From a virus, in IMG/VR virus record IMGVR_UViG_3300040801_002923, positions 54,482-118,481 of that record: DNA of 64,000 nucleotides. The stretch is one strand, 5' to 3'. The position numbers and the translations under genes were made by a program. Positions 27,779-37,612 of the stretch are shown one piece after another. The first letter of the stretch is position 1. Each line of letters starts with the position of its first letter. Under the pieces are notes generated by a model. The model was not told the DNA's origin and did no database searches. It worked only from the letters and a program-made list of their open reading frames with translations.

Positions 27779-30327
27779 TGGCCCATGTTAAGGTAAAGAT
27801 CCTAGACGAAGTTAACTGCGTAATCATCGGTCTCAAAGGCGACCACGCACTATATTTCTGGGAAGAATACGGCAAGCACCCACCCAACCACTTTTTCAAC
27901 CCGCGATTCAAAACGGGACAGTGGGACGGGAAGATCCGCTTTTTCACAAAGGCGGGGAAGACGTACGTCTTTCTGCTACCCGAGATTATTCCACGGCTGA
28001 CGGGACTGGGGTATAAAGTCCACATTGACGACCAACGTACAGCTGAAATTCCTGAAGTCCCGCTGATTGACAAGAACTACTTTAAGCACATCTTCCATCC
28101 AGACTTCGACGAATACGTCGAACTGCGCGATCATCAAGTAGAAGCGGTAAACACCATCACACAGGACCCGGGAATTATCATTGCGGGAACCGGTGCTGGT
28201 AAGGCACAACCACTGTACAGCAAGGTTCTCACTACCACAGGGTGGAAACGCATGGGTGATATCGATGTTGGCGAAACACTAGTTAATCCGGCTGGTGGTG
28301 TGACCTCTGTGATTGGAGTGTTCCCGCAGTCGCATCCCAAGCCTGTGTATGAATTGACGTTCCACGACGGTGCAAAAGCTAGAGCGTGTAATGAGCACTT
28401 GTGGGATGCATATGTGCCGAAGCAACAACACAAGGCTTGGACGGAACGTAAAACAATCACCACCCAACAGATTGTTGATTTCTATAGTAGAAAGTCTAGC
28501 GAACGCCGCACTCCGGGGAATATATCAATTCCACTAACCGAACCAGTTGAATATTGCGAACAGGTGTTGCCTCTTGACCCCTACGTACTGGGCCTGCTGA
28601 TTGGGGATGGACACTTGTGTCACACGCCAACTTTCACCACAGCAGACGAAGAACTGTTATCTGCTCTAGAAGAAGGACTTTCATGTTTTTCAAACATCGG
28701 TGTGAAATATACTGGACATGGATACGATTATCGTCTGTCAAAGCTAAATGAAACACACAATCGCTATGTTTCTAATGAACTATCAGATGTGTTAAAGGAT
28801 CTCGGTCTGTATGGTACTACTAGCCACACAAAGTTCATCCCTGCCACATACATGCAGGGCAGTATTGAACAGCGACTGGCTATGGTGCAGGGGTTGATGG
28901 ATACTGATGGTACCGCTGACCGCCGCGGAAATACATCGTTTAGCACCGCCAGTCCACAACTAGCCAGGGATATGCAGGAAGTTTGTTGGTCGTTGGGCAT
29001 GACGTGCACAATGACTGAAAAGATATCTAACATACAGACTGTGTCGTACACTCTACAAATACGATCTAAGACACCACGACAACTCTTCCGCCTTGCGCGA
29101 AAGCGAGATCGATGCCGGAATACCCACGCCAACGGTCGTATTGAGTTAACTCGCCGCGTGAAAGCTGTTGAATTTGTAGGATATGAAGATACGCAGTGTA
29201 TAGCTGTCGATAGTGATCAACATCTTTACATCACCGATGACTATGTTGTGACGCATAACACGTTGATGTGTGCCGCTTTGTGCGATCTGTACGGTAAGGC
29301 TGGCCTCCGCACACTAACGATAGTTCCTTCGAAAGACCTCATTGAGCAGACGCACAAGGAATACGTTATATGTGAGCTTGACGCCGGTCGGTACTATGGC
29401 GAAAAGAAAGAATTGGGACATCCGCATCTAGTATCGACGTGGCAATCACTCAAGAATAATCCAGGCTTGATGGAATACTTTGATATGATCATCGTAGATG
29501 AGTGTCATGGTGCCAAGGGCCAAATGCTGCAGAGTCTTCTGATTGAACATGGTGCTCACATTGCCTTACGGTTCGGTCTAACGGGTACACTACCCAAAGC
29601 GCAGACGGATGCAATGGCTGTACGGATCTGTATAGGTGATGTGAAATACACGATCACGGCCCGACAATTGATGGATCAAGGGCACCTGGCGCAACTCGAC
29701 ATCCAGATCATGCAGCTGGAAGAGGACTTCGACGAAGATTATGCTGAGTATAAAGCAGCTAATCCCCTCGCCGTTGAAACCTTAACGCAATACAAGGATG
29801 GATATTTTCCTGATTACCAGGCAGAAAAGCGGTTTCTTCAGCACAATAACGAACGGATCGCCTACATTGCTGATTACATCTCGTTGAAAAGAGACGACAA
29901 AAAAGGTAATGTCCTTTGTCTAGTTGATGGAGTTCGGTTTGGTCAAAAGCTAGCTGATGCAATACCAGAGTCTAAGTTCATTTATGGAAAGGACAAACAA
30001 AAGGCTAGACAAGAGATTTACGAGTTGTTCAGAGAGAACGATAACTTAGTTGTTATCGCGACAGTCGGAATTGCGTCAACGGGTTTGAGCATTAACCGCA
30101 TTTACAACATGATGTTCATCGACATTGGGAAATCATTCATCCGCGTTATTCAGACGATCGGGCGAGGATTACGAAAAGCGAAGGACAAGGACAGCGTACT
30201 GGTCACAGACATATGCTCTGACTTAAAGTACGGAAAGCGCCATCTAGCGGAGCGAACAAAGTTCTATAGAGAAGCGCAGTACCCATATAAGAAGATCAAG
30301 GTAAAATACAGCAATGCTGATACTTGA
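27778..30327 (+). CDS. uvsW: SF2 DNA helicase UvsW interrupted by an intein
   Basis: WDGKI, LRDHQ, GTGAGK|T, DECH, GLTGT, STGLSI, QTIGRGLR; extein total about 497 aa. Confidence 0.93.
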   Translation: MAHVKVKILDEVNCVIIGLKGDHALYFWEEYGKHPPNHFFNPRFKTGQWDGKIRFFTKAGKTYVFLLPEIIPRLTGLGYKVHIDDQRTAEIPEVPLIDKNYFKHIFHPDFDEYVELRDHQVEAVNTITQDPGIIIAGTGAGKAQPLYSKVLTTTGWKRMGDIDVGETLVNPAGGVTSVIGVFPQSHPKPVYELTFHDGAKARACNEHLWDAYVPKQQHKAWTERKTITTQQIVDFYSRKSSERRTPGNISIPLTEPVEYCEQVLPLDPYVLGLLIGDGHLCHTPTFTTADEELLSALEEGLSCFSNIGVKYTGHGYDYRLSKLNETHNRYVSNELSDVLKDLGLYGTTSHTKFIPATYMQGSIEQRLAMVQGLMDTDGTADRRGNTSFSTASPQLARDMQEVCWSLGMTCTMTEKISNIQTVSYTLQIRSKTPRQLFRLARKRDRCRNTHANGRIELTRRVKAVEFVGYEDTQCIAVDSDQHLYITDDYVVTHNTLMCAALCDLYGKAGLRTLTIVPSKDLIEQTHKEYVICELDAGRYYGEKKELGHPHLVSTWQSLKNNPGLMEYFDMIIVDECHGAKGQMLQSLLIEHGAHIALRFGLTGTLPKAQTDAMAVRICIGDVKYTITARQLMDQGHLAQLDIQIMQLEEDFDEDYAEYKAANPLAVETLTQYKDGYFPDYQAEKRFLQHNNERIAYIADYISLKRDDKKGNVLCLVDGVRFGQKLADAIPESKFIYGKDKQKARQEIYELFRENDNLVVIATVGIASTGLSINRIYNMMFIDIGKSFIRVIQTIGRGLRKAKDKDSVLVTDICSDLKYGKRHLAERTKFYREAQYPYKKIKVKYSNADT
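28204..29259 (+). mobile_element. Class 3 intein (352 aa) with LAGLIDADG homing endonuclease
   Basis: Starts AQPLYSKVLT after GK and ends VVTHN|T; block B NEHLW, block F TQCIAV; LGLLIGDG and QGLMDTDG motifs. Confidence 0.92.
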
Positions 30328-30808
30328 CGACGAAGAGCGTGTAATCATGCTCGACAGCATCTACAATCCGACTCCAACGGAGTTCATGTGGGTTCTAGAT
30401 CTCAACATGATGGACTACACCTTAGCACCTATAACCAATCTAGAAGAGCACATCTGTTCATGTGTGCAGCTAATGGTCAACGGGTTTCGATTCTATGTGC
30501 CTGGCGGGTGGAATGTGTTGACGGTGTCGGATGATACATCACAACTAGATGTGATTGCAGTGAAGGATCTTGTAGGCAAAGAGTTCATGGCGCTTGTTGT
30601 TGGTATGACGAAAAACGGCGCGCTCAAGCATCAGCCTTCCACGATTGTGGCTACTGATTTTCAAATGGACCACATGCTTGTGACACCACAGTTGGCAAAG
30701 CATCAAATGCTGTGTCATATGATTGGACCAGCATGCTGGGTCAACGTAGCCCCCTCAGATACGTACAATAAATACTTCAAAGACCTCGTAGTGGGCGACA
30801 TCATATAA
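30314..30808 (+). CDS. Hypothetical beta-rich protein
   Basis: 164 aa ORF overlapping the end of uvsW. Confidence 0.7.
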   Translation: MLILDDEERVIMLDSIYNPTPTEFMWVLDLNMMDYTLAPITNLEEHICSCVQLMVNGFRFYVPGGWNVLTVSDDTSQLDVIAVKDLVGKEFMALVVGMTKNGALKHQPSTIVATDFQMDHMLVTPQLAKHQMLCHMIGPACWVNVAPSDTYNKYFKDLVVGDII

Positions 30809-30822
30809 GAGAGATAACATAG

Positions 30823-31566
30823 ATGGCAATCGGCGATTGGGGTATCATTAATTCCATCAAGAGCGCAAGCAACGGACTAGATCCTGACAATTACACGTAC
30901 ACATCTGGTACTTCAGGTGACTATATGTGGTACGCCATGCGCGAAAACCTAGCAAAGACGTGGAACGGATCGCAGTGGGTTCACACCCCTGCGCATAAGC
31001 TTGATGGACACACCGAACAGCTATCCGCTGATCATCCTGAAGATCCTCCGTCGGATTTGCCAGGACCATCCGACGAGTACATTTCCGTAGCAGATTTCAA
31101 GCGGGCGGTCACCAAGATTGTGCGCAACAAGGGTGGTGCCTTACCCGACGTTTCAGATTGGAAAGAAATCAAACAGCTAATGGACAAGCTGTATGATATT
31201 GAGCTACACGGAAATGTACCCCAGCCATCCAAGGTGGATGCCTTGCCTCCCGCTCCGCAGGAAGATGAGGTATGGAAAGACGGGGTATATAATCCCCAGT
31301 CTCTTCAAGAAGACTATTACTTTGGTGGAACTATTGGAAGTTTGGCTGCCGTCCCTCCCATGACGCATGCAGCGGTGTGTGATTCAATTCAAGTAGGAAA
31401 CGTAGGATTCGATCCCCGCGTAGAATCTCTCACTGTTTCTAACATGACGGTGGCAGCACAGGTTGAGGCCAGTCTTGTGGATATTGAGAGTGAAATCTGC
31501 GACCGCCTCGCCAAACGGCTTAGAGCAGAGATAGATCAACGTTGCACCACAGGAGATTGGAAATAA
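30823..31566 (+). CDS. Hypothetical protein
   Basis: 247 aa ORF in an operon. Confidence 0.6.
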   Translation: MAIGDWGIINSIKSASNGLDPDNYTYTSGTSGDYMWYAMRENLAKTWNGSQWVHTPAHKLDGHTEQLSADHPEDPPSDLPGPSDEYISVADFKRAVTKIVRNKGGALPDVSDWKEIKQLMDKLYDIELHGNVPQPSKVDALPPAPQEDEVWKDGVYNPQSLQEDYYFGGTIGSLAAVPPMTHAAVCDSIQVGNVGFDPRVESLTVSNMTVAAQVEASLVDIESEICDRLAKRLRAEIDQRCTTGDWK

Positions 31567-31997
31567 TGGCCAGTAAAGTAGAGAAGCTAAAAGCTCTGCT
31601 TGAGGCACTAGATCTCATGCAGGAAGAAGAGGAGTGGACGCCCACACCCAAGCAGTGGAAGCGCATTCGCTCGCTAATTGAGGACCTCGATGAAGAAGCA
31701 CCAGCACCAGCAGCTGAAGCACCAGTACGTTTCGTAGGTGCAGATCGAGCAGGATCTGGGGCACGGCCAGCTGGTCGATCGAATCCCTGGGCCGATGGTA
31801 CCGCTCGTATGCCAGAAGTACCATCCGCGATTCCCGAAGGAGCAGAGCGCTTGGCACCAACGGGCACATCTGCACTAGCCCCCCAGGGGTCTGCGCTAAG
31901 ACCACAGGGAGGTGTTGCCAACCCAAATCAACCTATCGGAATGTTAGAGGATGGCACACCTGTACACGATTCCCATCCAGGAAGCCCTGGACTGTAA
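31566..31997 (+). CDS. Hypothetical protein with Pro/Ala-rich C-terminus
   Basis: AGGAG RBS and TAATG coupling give the start MASKVEKL. Confidence 0.65.
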   Translation: MASKVEKLKALLEALDLMQEEEEWTPTPKQWKRIRSLIEDLDEEAPAPAAEAPVRFVGADRAGSGARPAGRSNPWADGTARMPEVPSAIPEGAERLAPTGTSALAPQGSALRPQGGVANPNQPIGMLEDGTPVHDSHPGSPGL

Positions 31998-32529
31998 CCT
32001 ATTCACGGAGCTAAAGGACCGTGTCCTGTTTTTCGACGGCGATATGGTTGTTCCCTCATCAGAAGTAACAAAGTTTCTCAAATTAGCCAGCACTGGCAAA
32101 CTCTGCGTTACCGAAACGACGCCAGATATAGAGATGTTTAATTCAGTGTCTGACGTGCCGATCAGGCAGAAAGAAGATGTCACAATACCTGATCTCGCGT
32201 GGAATCTTCCTGACCCCTGGAACAGCCTGGATGTCGAAGCGTACATATATGAGCGCTTCGAAGAAGAGCTGCAGAATGATTCAACTGTGGCTGTAAATGC
32301 TAAAGTGTATCTGAAGAGAGTTGAAGAAGAGATTGAGGCCTATCGGGACCTTAAACTCTACGCGCTGCTCCGGGCAGTCATATATACGGTAAGTACACTT
32401 CGTAGCTATAATGTCGTGTGGGGAGTTGGTAGAGGAAGTAGCGTATCTAGCTACGTATTGTATTTAGTCGGAGTACATGACGTAGATAGCGTTTTCTTCG
32501 AACTAGACTACACCGACTTCCTACGCTAA
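31951..32529 (+). CDS. DNA polymerase III alpha (DnaE)-like N-terminal palm fragment
   Basis: YLKRVEEEI...VVWGVGRGSSVSSYVLYLVGVHDVD...ELDYTDFLR matches DnaE Y..RL..EL...GPGRGS..GSLVAY.LGIT..DP...L.FERFL; start uncertain. Confidence 0.85.
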   Translation: MAHLYTIPIQEALDCNLFTELKDRVLFFDGDMVVPSSEVTKFLKLASTGKLCVTETTPDIEMFNSVSDVPIRQKEDVTIPDLAWNLPDPWNSLDVEAYIYERFEEELQNDSTVAVNAKVYLKRVEEEIEAYRDLKLYALLRAVIYTVSTLRSYNVVWGVGRGSSVSSYVLYLVGVHDVDSVFFELDYTDFLR

Positions 32530-32542
32530 CAGGGAGAACCGT

Positions 32543-32896
32543 ATGGGTAAGAAAGTAAGATCAATGCGTGGCCAGCTGATCGATTGGGATCTAGCGATGG
32601 TCAAGAACGAAATGAAGAAAAAGCCTGCACCACTTAACGTCACCAACCGTCAAGATTTCATCGATGCAAAACTTCGCCGCCGAGTTAAGAAAGTCCGAGA
32701 TGATCTAAGCAAGGTTGAGGCAGCTAAGGTTGAACGAGAAATTGCTTCACCGCCTGTTGAAGAACAACCACTAATCGATGAAGCTGTGGACAAGACTAAT
32801 GCAGATGCACCTGAGACAGCAGTGGTTGATGAAGATACCACAGCAACAACTCATCGGACGGTTCGCAGGAAGTCTCAAACCTCCAAACCTAAGTAA
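32543..32896 (+). CDS. Hypothetical basic protein
   Basis: GGGAG RBS, 117 aa. Confidence 0.65.
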   Translation: MGKKVRSMRGQLIDWDLAMVKNEMKKKPAPLNVTNRQDFIDAKLRRRVKKVRDDLSKVEAAKVEREIASPPVEEQPLIDEAVDKTNADAPETAVVDEDTTATTHRTVRRKSQTSKPK

Positions 32897-32905
32897 GGAA
32901 CATAC

Positions 32906-33226
32906 ATGGATACAACAGTTTTTGACGAGATTGAGGTACTAGACGGATTTATCCTTTTCCAATTTGAAGAGGAGATTGATCCGAGTCGCCACAACGCCTT
33001 TACGGAGAAGACACAATCAGGTATCATTCTGCCGTCTAACCCACTTACCGCAGGTCAATATGCTCGGTGGGCTACTGTTGTAGCTGTTGGTCCAAATGTT
33101 CCAGAAGACGTAGTGCCTGGATCAAAAGTCTGCATCGAAGCTCTAAAGTGGACGAAGGTCAGCACATACAAAGGCGAAGAGTTCGCACGAACTGAAGCCA
33201 AGTTTATTCTTGCCGTGGGAGAATAA
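32906..33226 (+). CDS. GroES-like co-chaperonin, divergent (T4 gp31-like role)
   Basis: EKTQSGIILP...ATVVAVGP....VVPG..V...ILAV. Confidence 0.8.
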   Translation: MDTTVFDEIEVLDGFILFQFEEEIDPSRHNAFTEKTQSGIILPSNPLTAGQYARWATVVAVGPNVPEDVVPGSKVCIEALKWTKVSTYKGEEFARTEAKFILAVGE

Positions 33227-34590
33227 TGCTAGCCGCTGTTCTTGCTTTCCTAACCTCGCTCGCACTGGCCGGTGTTGCTGCATACTTCAGCATCACTGGT
33301 CTAATGGCTATTTTTGCCGCATTGCCTGTTTCCATTGCTGTAATGGCGGGTGTTCTTGAAGTTGGAAAACTGGTTACAGCTAGTGTTTTGTACCGGAACT
33401 GGTCAACAATTCCGTGGTCGTTGAAAACATATCTATCATCAGCTGTTGTCATCCTGATGTTGATTACATCGCTTGGAATCTTCGGATACTTGAGCAAAGC
33501 GCACCTTGATCAAAACGCTCCTGTGTCAACCAACCTCGCTCGCGTCGAGCGCATTGAGGCTCGAATAGAGCAACAAGAGCGTGTGATTGCTGATGCAGAC
33601 GCCGAAATTGAGATACTTGACGGTATCGTTGCCACTTTGATTGAGTACGATAAGATCAGTGGTCCAGATGGGTCTCGCGCTGTCCGTGCTAGCCAACAAG
33701 AACAGCGCGATGAGCTCACTGATAGAATCGACGCCGCACAAGACCGCATCGAAGAATTGCAGGACGAGAAGTTCGAGTACGAGCAGGAAGTCCGCGATTT
33801 TGAAACAGAAGTCGGCCCAATTAAGTACATCGCAGCGCTTGCGTACGACAACCCAGCTGACCATTACGATTCGGCTGTTCGTGGAATCATTCTACTGTTA
33901 GTGTTTGTGTTCGACCCCCTAGCTGTGCTTCTGTTGATTACTGCAAACATGCTACAGATGCAGCACCGCAACCCAAATCCCGATGACCCCGATGGTTTGG
34001 AAGAATTGTTCGACCCTGCAGAAGAAGTCGAACATGACCCCGCTCCCCGTAACCTTGTTGAGTTTTATCAGGACCCATCCATTCCGTTCACCTTGACGGA
34101 GGATGACCATCCTCCGCCCCCACCAATGCCCGAGAACACCGAGTGGAAAGAACATGATGTCAACATTGACAACGACTTGGGATCGGTTGAAGATGCATTC
34201 TTTAATGCGGAGATTCTAGATGAAAACAATGGACCAAAAGCTAGCGCTAGCGAGGAGCCTCAGGAGCTACCGTGGCGGATCCAAGTCCAAGAAGAGTGGG
34301 ACGAAGAAGAGGAGTCCATCGAGACTGCTGTCTCAGAGACATTGGACAGACAAGAACATGCCGGTGAAAAAGAAGAAGTACTCAACAGCGCCGAAAACAC
34401 GATGCCAGACACCCTCGACCGAGAGCGTAGATTCGACCCAAGATCAGTACAGCTACGAGAACGAATCGCGCGCCAGCACGAGGCGCTCGAGAGAGTCGCA
34501 GGATCAACCGATCGGAATCGCGTCGGCGGCACTCGCGTTGTTCCTCCTGTCATAGCAGACGTTACGGAAAACGGTACACGTATTAGTTGA
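33226..34590 (+). CDS. Membrane protein with 3+1 TM helices, coiled coil and acidic tail
   Basis: AAYFSITGL..IF...LEVGKLV.AS, LITSLGIFGYLSKAH, EVGPIKYIA, FVFDPLAV motifs recognised from T4-like phage membrane proteins. Confidence 0.75.
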   Translation: MLAAVLAFLTSLALAGVAAYFSITGLMAIFAALPVSIAVMAGVLEVGKLVTASVLYRNWSTIPWSLKTYLSSAVVILMLITSLGIFGYLSKAHLDQNAPVSTNLARVERIEARIEQQERVIADADAEIEILDGIVATLIEYDKISGPDGSRAVRASQQEQRDELTDRIDAAQDRIEELQDEKFEYEQEVRDFETEVGPIKYIAALAYDNPADHYDSAVRGIILLLVFVFDPLAVLLLITANMLQMQHRNPNPDDPDGLEELFDPAEEVEHDPAPRNLVEFYQDPSIPFTLTEDDHPPPPPMPENTEWKEHDVNIDNDLGSVEDAFFNAEILDENNGPKASASEEPQELPWRIQVQEEWDEEEESIETAVSETLDRQEHAGEKEEVLNSAENTMPDTLDRERRFDPRSVQLRERIARQHEALERVAGSTDRNRVGGTRVVPPVIADVTENGTRIS

Positions 34591-34616
34591 CACCCGATAC
34601 GCTACCCGACTATAAT
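34587..34616 (+). promoter_or_regulatory. Consensus sigma70 promoter for the clamp loader operon
   Basis: TTGACA-18 nt-TATAAT. Confidence 0.8.
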
Positions 34617-34646
34617 CAGCTGATAACAATAAGGAGAAACAGCTGA

Positions 34647-35570
34647 ATGCCGGGTGCTCACGCTCTGTGGGTCGAGAAGTATAGACCCACCACGCTAGAC
34701 GGATACATCTTCCACGACGAGTCGCACAAGCGTGCTTTTGTGCGAATGGTTGCAGATCGCAGTATTCCACATCTCCTACTCACAGGAATTCAAGGTGCTG
34801 GTAAAACAACGATTGCACGCATACTGATCAACGAACTCGAAGTAGACGAACTTGATGTTCTATACATCAACGCCTCCGAAGAGAACTCAGTCGACACCAT
34901 TCGCGACAAGATCAAAAGCTTCGTCTCCACCTTTGCTCTCGGTGATTTCAAAGTCATTCTACTTGACGAGGCCGACTTCATTACACTGAACGGTCAAGCG
35001 ATTCTCCGCAACCTAATGGAAGCGTACAACGAGACTACCCGCTTCATTCTTACGTGCAACTACGAGCACAAGATCATGCCGCAGATTGTATCGCGGTGTC
35101 AGCATTTTCGCTTCAAAGCAGGTAACCGCGACGATATCACTGAGTACGTAGCTCAAATCCTCATACAAGAAGGGGTAAAGTTCGATCTGGATACACTGGA
35201 CCGTTACATCAGCCTTGCATATCCGGACGTCCGTAAGATCGTCAACTCACTTCAGCAGAATGTATACGAGGGCGCTCTTCATGACCCGATTGGTATGGCT
35301 GATTCTGGCGACTACAAGCTAGAGTTGCTGGGGAAGATTGAGGCAGGCGATTGGCACGGCGCGCGCGAAATTTGTTGCGGGGCCGTGGTAGCTGAGGAAT
35401 GGGAAGACGTATATAGGTTCATTTACGAAAATGCACACAAGGCGTTTAAGGATCAGGCTAAGTGGGAAGCTGCAATCGTCGTTGTAGCAGAGCACTTGTA
35501 CAAACATGGTATATGCGCCGATCCAGAGATCAACGCGGCGGCGATGTTTATTTCGCTGTCGACAATTTAG
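34647..35570 (+). CDS. Clamp loader AAA+ subunit (gp44/RFC small subunit-like)
   Basis: LWVEKYRP, GIQGAGKTT, INASEE, LLDEAD, SRC arginine finger. Confidence 0.95.
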   Translation: MPGAHALWVEKYRPTTLDGYIFHDESHKRAFVRMVADRSIPHLLLTGIQGAGKTTIARILINELEVDELDVLYINASEENSVDTIRDKIKSFVSTFALGDFKVILLDEADFITLNGQAILRNLMEAYNETTRFILTCNYEHKIMPQIVSRCQHFRFKAGNRDDITEYVAQILIQEGVKFDLDTLDRYISLAYPDVRKIVNSLQQNVYEGALHDPIGMADSGDYKLELLGKIEAGDWHGAREICCGAVVAEEWEDVYRFIYENAHKAFKDQAKWEAAIVVVAEHLYKHGICADPEINAAAMFISLSTI

Positions 35571-35579
35571 GAGTCTAAA

Positions 35580-36341
35580 ATGAAATTACCGGCACAAACG
35601 TTACAAACTTGTAGCGTTAAAATTAGTCATACAGGTACGCATGAAATTACAGCTTCAATTGAGTACAATGTAGCAGAATCGCGCCACCCGACGGAGAACG
35701 ACTACGCAACGTTGTATGTTAATGGTCAAGTTGTAGCATCTAATTGCGCATCGAAGGTATCTGATAAGGAGTGGTTCTGCGGCGTGGCAGACGGAGACCG
35801 GCGCGTGATGGAAGCCGGTTTCATCTTGCCGTTTCAAGACGGGGATATCGTAGAAGTACATTTTCACGATTCCGAGATGAAACAACTAAGTTACGTCCAT
35901 ACATTTGACATCACCGCGCAATCAATCTTCGAAATTGATTCCATCGAAGATTCCCAATCGCAGGCAGATGATGGTGCAATTACCTTCTGTGATGCTAGTC
36001 TGGGATCGAATGCTAACATTGCTCTCAGTACAATCGACTCGGGGTTGCTTGCGAACGGTTCAATCTCGATTGCCGAAACGTTCGACCGTCACAAGCTACG
36101 GTTCTTTGATGGTAGTCAAGATATCATGTCGATCAATACGATGACAGGTGAGATCGAATTCCACACTGAGCCGTCGGAAGCGGCACGCAAGGCGTGGGAA
36201 ATCATGGCTACAGCGTACTCAGAAATGTTCCCACCAATGAGCGCAACACTTGATGTCGACAAAGAAGCTCGCGAGGAGCTGATCGCACAATTGGAAACCA
36301 ACGACGCTCGGTTTGAGCGAGCAATGAGGATTGTAGAATGA
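35580..36341 (+). CDS. Hypothetical protein
   Basis: AGGAG RBS, 253 aa. Confidence 0.65.
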   Translation: MKLPAQTLQTCSVKISHTGTHEITASIEYNVAESRHPTENDYATLYVNGQVVASNCASKVSDKEWFCGVADGDRRVMEAGFILPFQDGDIVEVHFHDSEMKQLSYVHTFDITAQSIFEIDSIEDSQSQADDGAITFCDASLGSNANIALSTIDSGLLANGSISIAETFDRHKLRFFDGSQDIMSINTMTGEIEFHTEPSEAARKAWEIMATAYSEMFPPMSATLDVDKEAREELIAQLETNDARFERAMRIVE

Positions 36342-36853
36342 ACTGCAGAGACGCCGACAATCTAATCCGCATCAAGGAAGGAGACCCTGACTGGAAGCTT
36401 TATTGTGCTGTCGATGTTCCTTATTGTCCTGATGAAAAGCTACGCGAACGGGTAGATGCTTCCGCAGCGCTACAAACGGATATGCTGTACTCAGGCACGC
36501 TATGGAAACTCAAGGCCGCTAGACCTAACTGTACGATCTGGAATCGTGTTAGTGACTGGGTTGCCCCCGCCGTTACGCAGTACAATCCTGAAGGCCGATA
36601 CGGAGGAATGCGAACCAGACTAACGTTCCACTTCGGCGGTGACCACTATAGAGCGGGCATATATGCGGCCCGAGTCAGCTGGATTGACGATGAAACGGGT
36701 CTAGCTGCTCCAATTGGAAAACCTAGATTGATTGGCAAGGCACGTGTTGAAGCCGGTCCTCCTGTGCGAGCTGAGTCAATTCGCGATATGAATAGGTACA
36801 TTCATGAACTGCTCACTGCAGAACGATACAAGTATGCCATGGAGATTGTATGA
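36338..36853 (+). CDS. Hypothetical protein
   Basis: ATGA coupling, 171 aa. Confidence 0.6.
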   Translation: MNCRDADNLIRIKEGDPDWKLYCAVDVPYCPDEKLRERVDASAALQTDMLYSGTLWKLKAARPNCTIWNRVSDWVAPAVTQYNPEGRYGGMRTRLTFHFGGDHYRAGIYAARVSWIDDETGLAAPIGKPRLIGKARVEAGPPVRAESIRDMNRYIHELLTAERYKYAMEIV

Positions 36854-37140
36854 GTAAGAAACTGATTGAACGTGTAGCCAATACACCAAATCGAAGTGAT
36901 AAGGTGTCGTGGAACCGCAAAATGGACAACATGGTGAAGCTAATCGCCAAGATGTCTGCGCTTGAGGAGCAAGCAGCAGACATCGAAGCTCAGAAGATGC
37001 CGATCTTCGATGAAATTCAAGAGCTCCGTGAAGTGATGGTTCGTGAATGCATTCACCCGCTTCAATACCTCGTTGAGCACGAAGATCACATCCTCTGCAA
37101 GTTCTGCAACACCAAGATTGCTCCAGCTGTCGATGGCTAA
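36850..37140 (+). CDS. Hypothetical coiled-coil protein with CxH...CxxC zinc motif
   Basis: ECIHP...LCKFCN. Confidence 0.65.
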   Translation: MSKKLIERVANTPNRSDKVSWNRKMDNMVKLIAKMSALEEQAADIEAQKMPIFDEIQELREVMVRECIHPLQYLVEHEDHILCKFCNTKIAPAVDG

Positions 37141-37612
37141 ACAACGCGCACTTGACATCTTCAATCTGCTCTCTAACATCAGTACAAAGCGAAGAGAGCA
37201 CTTTGATGCTCTCACGGAGCAGGAACTCAAGGAGATGCAACCATATGTGGTTATGCGCTGGCTGACCGGTACGTTCGATGCGCAACAGATTTATTTCATC
37301 AACGAGCTTGTCAACCCCTTCGTGTTTGAGTTGCGAGATAAGCGATTGCTGTACTACCTACTGACGATCGCCGCGGCTGGAAAAAATCAACGCTATAAGT
37401 GGATTAAGCCAGCTTCTCGCAAGGGAACAGGGTTATCGACAACGATGTTAGTAATCAAGAAAACCTATAACTACACCACCAAGCAAGCCACAGAAGTGTT
37501 GCCGATACTGACAAACGAACAGATCATGCAGCACGCGGAGGATCTTGGTCTTCAGAAGGAGGAGATCGCCCAACTCCGTAAAGAGCTGAAGACCCGTAAT
37601 GGCAAAGTATAA
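37133..37612 (+). CDS. Clamp loader small subunit (T4 gp62-like)
   Basis: PYVVMRWL...INELVN...YKWIK...YNYTTKQATEVL.ILT pattern; start MAKQRAL. Confidence 0.65.
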   Translation: MAKQRALDIFNLLSNISTKRREHFDALTEQELKEMQPYVVMRWLTGTFDAQQIYFINELVNPFVFELRDKRLLYYLLTIAAAGKNQRYKWIKPASRKGTGLSTTMLVIKKTYNYTTKQATEVLPILTNEQIMQHAEDLGLQKEEIAQLRKELKTRNGKV

